A stretch of 45,949 nucleotides of DNA from Octopus bimaculoides. Lineage: Eukaryota. The DNA lies in NCBI RefSeq assembly GCF_001194135.2, contig NC_068982.1, positions 156,907,920 to 156,953,868 on the forward strand, written 5' to 3'. The translations under genes were made by a program, and so were the position numbers. Position 1 is the stretch's first letter. Every line of letters starts with the position of its first letter. The notes beneath the pieces were generated by a model that had not been told where the DNA came from, did not search any database, and was given only the letters and a program-made list of their open reading frames with translations. Positions 38,821 through 45,949 of the stretch are shown here, piece by piece.

Positions 38821-39704
38821 TAAATTAAGAAATATCGTAACTTTGTTATACCTACCGTTGAGCGAAAAGAGAGGCCAACCAGATAATCTCCATGTCTTTC
38901 ATTGTCCTACTGATTCTCCTGTTGGGCAATAAGTGATATCTTCATATATAATTACTTATACATAGACACGCGTATAAAGTAAATACAATAATAATTCTCT
39001 GTCTGTATGTGAGTGTGTGTGTTTGCATGTGTGTATGTTTGTGTGTTTGTGTGTAGAGTGTTTAAGGTGATGTACAGATTATATACATCAAGAAAAAGAT
39101 GGAGGTCAGAATATGGTTAAGTACTATTTACTTAGGGCTTCATGATGAATCCTTCAAAGGGACGAAGGCGCTAAATAAATAGTTCTTATAGAAACCCTAA
39201 CTACCCACATCTTATATATATATATATATATATNNNNNNNNNNNNNNNNNNNNNNNNNNNNNNNNNNNNNNNNNNNNNNNNNNNNNNNNNNNNNNNNNNN
39301 NNNNNNNNNNNNNNNNNNNNNNNNNNNNNNNNNNNNNNNNNNNNNNNNNNNNNNNNNNNNNNNNNNNNNNNNNNNNNNNNNNNNNNNNNNNNNNNNNNNN
39401 NNNNNNNNNNNNNNNNNNNNNNNNNNNNNNNNNNNNNNNNNNNNNNNNNNNNNNNNNNNNNNNNNNNNNNNNNNNNNNNNNNNNNNNNNNNNNNNNNNNN
39501 NNNNNNNNNNNNNNNNNNNNNNNNNNNNNNNNNNNNNNNNNNNNNNNNNNNNNNNNNNNNNNNNNNNNNNNNNNNNNNNNNNNNNNNNATATATATATAT
39601 ATATCGAGTTGAAATTTACAGAAAAACAAAAGACGAAAGCAGATGTATGAACAACAAGCAGGTGTATTGGTTTGAATCTCGGGAAAGTGAGAATGTGTTT
39701 TAAA

Positions 39705-39728
39705 TTTCGAGCCTACGCTCTTCACCAA
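39705..39728 (-). ncRNA. Degenerate hammerhead-like core in the PLE terminal segment
   Basis: Minus strand reads TTGGTGAA-GAGC-GTAG-GCTC-GAAA. Stem II and GAAA intact; the CTGANGA box has 2 mismatches. Confidence 0.4.
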
Positions 39729-40290
39729 AAAAGAGTAAGATAAAAAAGATAGAGAGAGAATAAAAAAAAAAAAAAACTTGTGGATTTAGCGATGAAGCGT
39801 GGTGACTGGTTGGGGAAGAAAGGTTTGACAGGAGTGGTAGAAAGAAGTGGAGATAATAAAGTGTTGGTGATCTCAAAATGAAGGTGCGCGTGCGTGTATA
39901 TGTGAGAATGTGTAAGTGTGTGTGTATGTAGATAGGGCCTAGTGACTTTGACGTTTGGATGTATGCGTGCGTGTGTGTGCGTCTGTAAAGTGTCGGTGTG
40001 TTGTGTACGGATGATGTTGGGTGGGAGTGCAGATGTTGGTGTGTGGTGTGGGTGTTGGGAAGTGGTTAGTGCTAGTGTGGGTGGAGTGGTATGTGGTGGG
40101 GTGATGTGGTGGGGTGTTTTGATGGTGTGTGTTGTGGGGGTCGGGTTGTGGNNNNNNNNNNNNNNNNNNNNNNNNNNNNNNNNNNNNNNNNNNNNNNNNN
40201 NNNNNNNNNNNNNNNNNNNNNNNNNNNNNNNNNNNNNNNNNNNNNNNNNNNNNNNNNNNNNNNNNNNNNNNNNNNNNNNNNNNNNNNNNN

Positions 40291-40344
40291 GGTGGGGATG
40301 TGTGATGTGGGTGGGGATGTGTGATGTGGGTGGGGATGTGTGAT
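40291..40344 (+). repeat. 19-bp G-rich minisatellite, 2.8 visible copies abutting a gap
   Basis: Unit GGTGGGGATGTGTGATGTG. Confidence 0.85.
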
Positions 40345-42083
40345 ATAGATGGGGATGTGAATTTCGGATGTGGGTATGGGATGTGGGTGTGGTGTGGAGG
40401 TGTGGCGGTAGGGTGGGGTATGTAGACGTGGGTGTGTGGAAATGTGGTGTGGGTAGAGAGGGTATCAATAAAAGAGTACCAATGGGTAAGAGTGAATAGA
40501 AGTATGTGTCAGAGCAATAGAAGAGAGAAAAGGTGGGTAAGAGTGACGAGAGGAATTAGGTGTCAAATGAAGAGAGGAGAGGAGTCAGATGAAGAGAGGA
40601 GGGTTGTTGAGACAATGTGGCGCAAAGTATTAAAGAGAGAAGATTAAATTCTGTTCACGGCGAAAACGGGAGTCAGGATGGGCCCTGTGCAAAGACAATA
40701 CGTAGACAGACAGGTGTTTTAGCCAATGACCGGTAGAGCGGAAATGGCGCGACGTCGGGGTGTTGTTGCCGAGTCTGATATCTCCGTGAATTGGTCAGCC
40801 AAGCAGCGTCCCGTTTGACCGATATACTGAGAAGGGCAGAAAGAGCAGGAGATGCAGTAAATGACGTTGCTAGAAGTGTAGGTAAAGGAGTCAGTGATAT
40901 GATATGAACGATGATGGCTGCCTGTGAGGATGGTGGTGTTGGAGAGGTAAGGGCAAGTGCGGCAGTGTGGGTGGGAGCAGAGGAACGAGCCAGGTTAGGA
41001 GGTGGAGTAAGAGAAGAAACTGTGGGCCAGGAGATCACGCACTTTGTGGGCTCGTTTGAAGGAAGGGAGCAGTAGGTTGGGGAAGATGTGCGAAGTGGAG
41101 GTGTTGGACTAGTGTCGCCGGGAGGCTCACAGAATGGTGCGTTGGAGGGGCAAGGTGAAGGAATGGTAAGTGAGGGGAAACGGGAGACGGTCAACGGCGG
41201 ACGGGGAGAGAGAATTGAGGTACGGTGCACGGAAGTGCTTTGGCAAGGGCTGTGTGGATACTGGTGAGTGGATATCCACGAAGGATTAAGTAGCGAGCTA
41301 TGAGTTGAGACTGAGTCCCAAAGTCATGGTTGTCACTGCAGGACTTGTGCAGACGGAGGAATTGAAAGTAGGGGATAGAGAGTTTGCTGTGGGTAGGAGG
41401 AGAAGTTAAGGTATGAGTTGGTGTGTTTGTAGTGGGTGGAAGTAGTGAGCACGGAGTGGTGTATGTTGACCTAAATGTCGAGAAAGTCGACGGAAGTGTT
41501 GGAAATAGTGCAGATCACCATATATAGACTCTTGATATGAAGAGTGAAGAGAAGTTTAGAGGGGCCAGGAGGAAGAGATGGAGAGCAAAGTTAGTGCCGT
41601 GGATGTGGGAGGGGAGAAAAGCCACTGGGGAGTGGTAAGAACACGTTCGAGGTATTTGAGATCAATTCCGTGTGGCAGTTAGAGGCGGAGTTGATGGGGC
41701 GGCCAGGGTTATTGAGCTTGTGGATTTTGGTAAGGAAGTAAATAGTAGGGGTGCGTGGAGTGCCGATATTGAAATGGGAAGCGGTGTGAGGGAGACGGGA
41801 GGAAGAGATGAGGTCATAGATATTGGAGGACACATTCTGTTAGTAGTTAGACGTGGGATTGGAGGGCAGAAGGCAATAGAATGAGGCGGATTGAAGTTGG
41901 CGGAGAGCTTTAGACTTGTAGCGGTCTGCGCGCTACACCACCAAGGCTCCATATATATATGTATGTATGTATGTATGTACGTATGTAGGTTTGTATATAT
42001 ATGTATATGCATACACACATACGCATATATATTTATACACACACGCACACACACATACACGCACACACTCACACACGCACACA

Positions 42084-42126
<43 letters not shown>

Positions 42127-42235
42127 GGAGTGTGATGGGTAAATTATCGCCATTTTATATTTTAACTTCATGCATGCACATAGTTTGTTTTGGATTTTAT
42201 ACACTACACGGTATAGTAGTTGGGCACCGTCTGTG

Positions 42236-43018
42236 AGAAAATCAGCACCGTGACGCAATTCGGTATTCTTCATATAAGATGAGAAACGGCCAACTTTCTA
42301 TCCCAAGCTATCATAGACAAGACGGAAGACCGCACTACGAAGCTCTTGTAAAAACTCAAGCATCCCATCCAACCGAACATGCTTTGGTTTTTCTGAGACG
42401 AGAAAATTTTCTGTTAGGATCAGATGGTGAACACACAGAACGACCGTTGGCTTGCCGTATCCACAAAGCATGTACCGAGAGTGATAAAAATCAAACATCC
42501 AGTTAACACCATGGTGCTTGGAGTTATCAGTAGTGATGGCGACATTATGCCTCCATTCATTTTCCTATACGGCCTCAAACTCAACTCGGAGACCTACATC
42601 AATTGCCAGGAGGAGGTAGTGATGTCCTGGGTCAAGAGGGTGGATGCTAGATCTTATATCTGGCAACAGGACTCTGTACCATGCCACAAGCGTGAGAACA
42701 CAGTCATTGCTGACAGACAATTTCTGTGATCACATCACCCCTAACATCTGGCCACTTAACCTCCCACATTGCAACACACTTGATTATTATGTGTGGGGTG
42801 CAGTTGAGCGAGAGTCCAACAAAACTATTATGGTAGCATTTCCTAACTTAAACAAGGAGACCGTCCAGAATAGCTGAAGTCGTCTGGCGGCCGTAGTTGA
42901 ACTGTTTAGTATTTCAAGATAGTTTTGTTCTGTAATTTTGTTAAAAATATCCGTTAAAATGAGATGTCAGTGTTATTTTAATTTTTGCGTAATTTAGACA
43001 ATTTATTCACTGTACCCT

Positions 43019-43019
<1 letters not shown>
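42236..43019 (+). mobile_element. maT-type (DD37D) Tc1/mariner transposon, 5'-truncated pseudogene
   Basis: LWFF*DEK...NTQNDRWLA...MVLGVISSDGDIMPPFIF...WQQDSVPCH...IWPLNLPHCNTLDYYVWGAV. Right end GACAATTTATTCACTGTACCCTG|TA (43019, TA 43020-43021). DD37D spacing is inferred across a frameshift. Confidence 0.85.
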
Positions 43020-43057
<38 letters not shown>

Positions 43058-43222
43058 NNNNNNNNNNNNNNNNNNNNNNNNNNNNNNNNNNNNNNNNNNN
43101 NNNNNNNNNNNNNNNNNNNNNNNNNNNNNNNNNNNNNNNNNNNNNNNNNNNNNNNNNNNNNNNNNNNNNNNNNNNNNNNNNNNNNNNNNNNNNNNNNNNN
43201 NNNNNNNNNNNNNNNNNNNNNN

Positions 43223-43290
<68 letters not shown>

Positions 43291-43689
43291 GAGCATCTAT
43301 AAATTATGTTTGAGATGATGTATAATACCTACATATATTTTACAAACCTGACATATTTAATGTTTATAGGCTATTTAACTCTTTTTCCATTCTTTATCTC
43401 ACATCTTTTCTTCGTTTCTGGGCCTGCTGTCATGTTTATTCTCGTTTGAATCTATTTAAAAGCTAGATAATCTGAACAAAATTTGAACCTAGATGAAATT
43501 GATCCAAAATATTTTCTACGAATCTGTCCTCCAACTTCACATTTATCTATTTATTTATTTTTGCATGTATGTTTAACAATTGCTGTTGTTTCGTAGGATT
43601 ATTATAAGTATAATCACGAAATCTCAAATATCTTTCCTTTGATATACTGTAAACCAGCAACAAATTTATCCAAGATCATAGGAGAGTAA

Positions 43690-44100
43690 TTTCCCTTGAA
43701 GCTCTTGTATAAATCCGGAAGTTAAAATATATAAATATATATCATGCATTTTAGGAACTTTAACAAAAGAAACAATAACATTCTATCATCAATATTTCTT
43801 TTGCCAGAAGAGTGGGTTGTTAATCTTTTTGTAATCATATGTAATTTTTATGATCTAACATACAAAAATTAGTAAAAATATAGAAAGATGTCCTGAATGT
43901 GCTACCAGACACGCAACTCAAATTGCTATAGCTGCTTCTAATATGAATGGCGATGTTAACCAGTGCAACAACATTATGAACTATAAGGATTTATTTAATT
44001 GGTGCTGAGAGTGGAGACTTGCACGAAAGCGAAATACCTCAGAAAGCAACAAACAAGAAACAGTTCGATATTCCAGCATCAAGAATGTGTGAGAAATAAT
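43690..44100 (+). pseudogene. Possible very old LINE ORF2 C-terminal relic
   Basis: IERCPECATR (near 43880-43910) resembles LExVQRRATR, preceded by an RxFxxR...LxxxxxxRxxLE-like stretch. Weak. Confidence 0.3.
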
Positions 44101-44855
44101 AGATATCCATTTATAAACATATCATAATGAATAAAAAAGATGTTGGGCTTTACCAAATTGATGAATTTGGAGCATCCTACGCACATATTCGGCTTATCCC
44201 TCTACTAACCGCTAGCTTTCATTTACATTGTCAGTGCAGGCCCAATTATTACACTAATTCTATCCCTTTCCCGTACCTCTCATAAACTTCCTGAAGGAAA
44301 ATACCTCTCTCTCATTCTGTCTGTCTCTCTTTCTCTCTCCCTCACTCTCTCTCTATATATATATCTTTCTGCATTTTATATGGTACGCCCGATAATGGTT
44401 TTGAGAGCTTCACTTGAAATTATTCATGTTCCTCTTAAGGAAGAGAAACTCTCTCATCAACACTCCCACTTGTATTTACCACACACATTCTCAAGACATA
44501 GTCACCTTACAGAACAACATGACTATCCACCTATAGCTGTGCCTGACAGCTAGATCTACGTCCTACACGTAAAAACACACTGGTGCATAAACGCACAGAC
44601 AAAGAACGCATGGATACCACATGAGTATCGAACACTTTCGTGTATTAGCATTTTCCAGATAGAGTTGTACAATTTAATTCCGAACAGATAAGTCCTCGTT
44701 CTCTATATCGCTGCCAGGAGAAGGATGTTTTGAAATCGTCTATATTTTGCGACATGTACCTACTTCAGCAGAGATTATTTAGACTGTTCTCATCGATTCC
44801 CAGGATCCTTCGCACACCATCCACAACGTATTGCCGACAGAATCGTTAGCAGGAC

Positions 44856-45062
44856 GGCGGCGAGCTGGCAGAAACGTTTGTACGCCGGGCGAAATGCTTA
44901 GCGGTATTTCGTCTGCCGCTACATTCTGAGTTCAAATTCCGCCGAGGTTGAATTTGCCTTTCATCCTTTCGGGGTCGATAAATTAAGTACCAGTTACGTA
45001 CTGGGGTCGATATAATCGACTTAATCCGTTTGTCTGTCCTTGTTTGTCCCATTTGTGTGTAG
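44856..45062 (+). mobile_element. SINE family B, best-preserved copy
   Basis: GGCGGCGAGCTGGCAGAAACG...CTGAGTTCAAATTCCGCCGAGG...GCCTTTCATCCTTTCGGGGTCGATAAATTAAGTACCAG...CTGGGGTCGAT. Preceded by a partial head duplicate (44833-44851). Confidence 0.9.
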
Positions 45063-45309
45063 TAAAGAATGGAAGTATAATGGAAGAGTAGTAAAGAAAA
45101 ATCAAACAGCGTGTCAACTCTGTGTATTTGTTATTTACTTCCCAGCTCGCGTAAAACACGAACAACGCCGGTTGCAACAGCAAGCATATATATATAATTG
45201 GTTGCACACATATAAGTCACGTGTGTGCATGTGTATGTAAATATATACAAACAGTATGTTTATATATATGTATGCATATGCATGTGTGTGTGTGTGTGTG
45301 TGTGTGCGT

Positions 45310-45394
<85 letters not shown>

Positions 45395-45395
<1 letters not shown>

Positions 45396-45796
45396 GCCTG
45401 TTCTCTTTAACATTACACCAAAACGCATTAAAGCAGAAAAAGACCGCATAAACTTCAAGAAGTCCTTCAAGAAATCCCGGATAAATCCCCTACTCTCGAC
45501 TCGAGCGGGCCATATTATCTGATTCCTTATTTGACTGACTTTTCCAGGTGGTGCTATAAAGTTAGAGATGGCTTGGGTCGATACTGGCCAATACTGGCCA
45601 TGTTTAACTTAATAGCACCACCTGGCAAAGTCATTCACATTAGGAATCGGACAACATGGCCCACTCAAGGATGGAGTTATTGTTTGTGGAGACATATCCG
45701 GGAGTTTTGAAGGGATTTGTCCAAAGACTTCTTGAACTTTATGGGGTCTTTTTCTGCTTTAACGTGTTTTGGTGTAATGTTAAAGAGAGCGGGGTC
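45395..45796. repeat. ~400-bp foldback inverted repeat made of two LINE 3' ends, tail to tail
   Basis: 45402-45464 vs reverse complement of 45726-45788: 59/63 identical. Inner 40 bp: 35/40 identical. Loop about 24 nt. Arms encode LFNITPKxxKAEKDxIxFKKS. Confidence 0.9.
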
Positions 45797-45949
45797 ACAC
45801 ATACATACACACATACATACATATATATTTATAAACATGATGTGTTTGTATATATATATATATATATATACACACTCACATACATGCACGTGCACTCATA
45901 TGTATGCAGCCACTCATATATATTTGTATATATATATATAAATATATAT

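Larger units (their letters stand above)
39605..41949 (-). mobile_element. Penelope-like element (Neptune-type), 5'-truncated, RT core deleted, flanked by (TA)n
   Basis: GALVV...IYFLTKIHKLNNPGRPI...LFTLHIKSLY|...TISNTSVDFLDI...decayed SIPYSQFLRL motif...RGYP...CRTC...VIYCISC (40845-40865)...YIGQTGR (40806-40826)...SRHF. 3' terminal segment ends ...TTTCTGTAAATTTCAACTC before (TA)n. Confidence 0.88.

Noticed and set aside
40673-41230. 185-aa Pro/Ser/Thr-rich ORF as a host gene
   Set aside because: It is an alternative frame of the Penelope GIY-YIG region.
1-45949. CRISPR array, operon or prokaryotic defence system
   Set aside because: No repeat-spacer periodicity and no gene-dense region; the sequence is eukaryotic repetitive DNA.

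Overview
AT-rich eukaryotic non-coding DNA saturated with (CA)n, (TA)n, (TAA)n, (ATCT)n and (CAT)n microsatellites, with 12 N gaps, most of them flanked by microsatellites (short-read assembly). The SINE/LINE/DNA-transposon repertoire is typical of a coleoid cephalopod, most likely Octopus; this is an inference from recalled repeat families, not a database search. No intact host protein-coding gene, rRNA, tRNA gene or CRISPR array can be supported, and almost all ORF-track entries are microsatellite or N-run artefacts. The recognisable content is decayed mobile DNA: five Tc1/mariner-superfamily elements (a DD34D mariner, a DD37D maT-type, two HTH/DUF4817-type copies and a MITE), a head-to-tail stack of four R4/Dong-clade (RLE) retrotransposon pieces in (TAA)n tracts, a Neptune-type Penelope-like element between (TA)n tracts, further PLE and LINE relics, and about 13 copies of three tRNA-derived SINE families. 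The most interesting observations are the co-oriented Dong-like array in TAA microsatellites, a hammerhead-ribozyme core at 23170-23194 plus a degenerate one at the Penelope terminus, and a ~400 bp foldback made of two LINE 3' ends. All known element types are decayed; I see no strong evidence for a wholly new system. Coordinates were read by eye, so boundaries of decayed elements are approximate.
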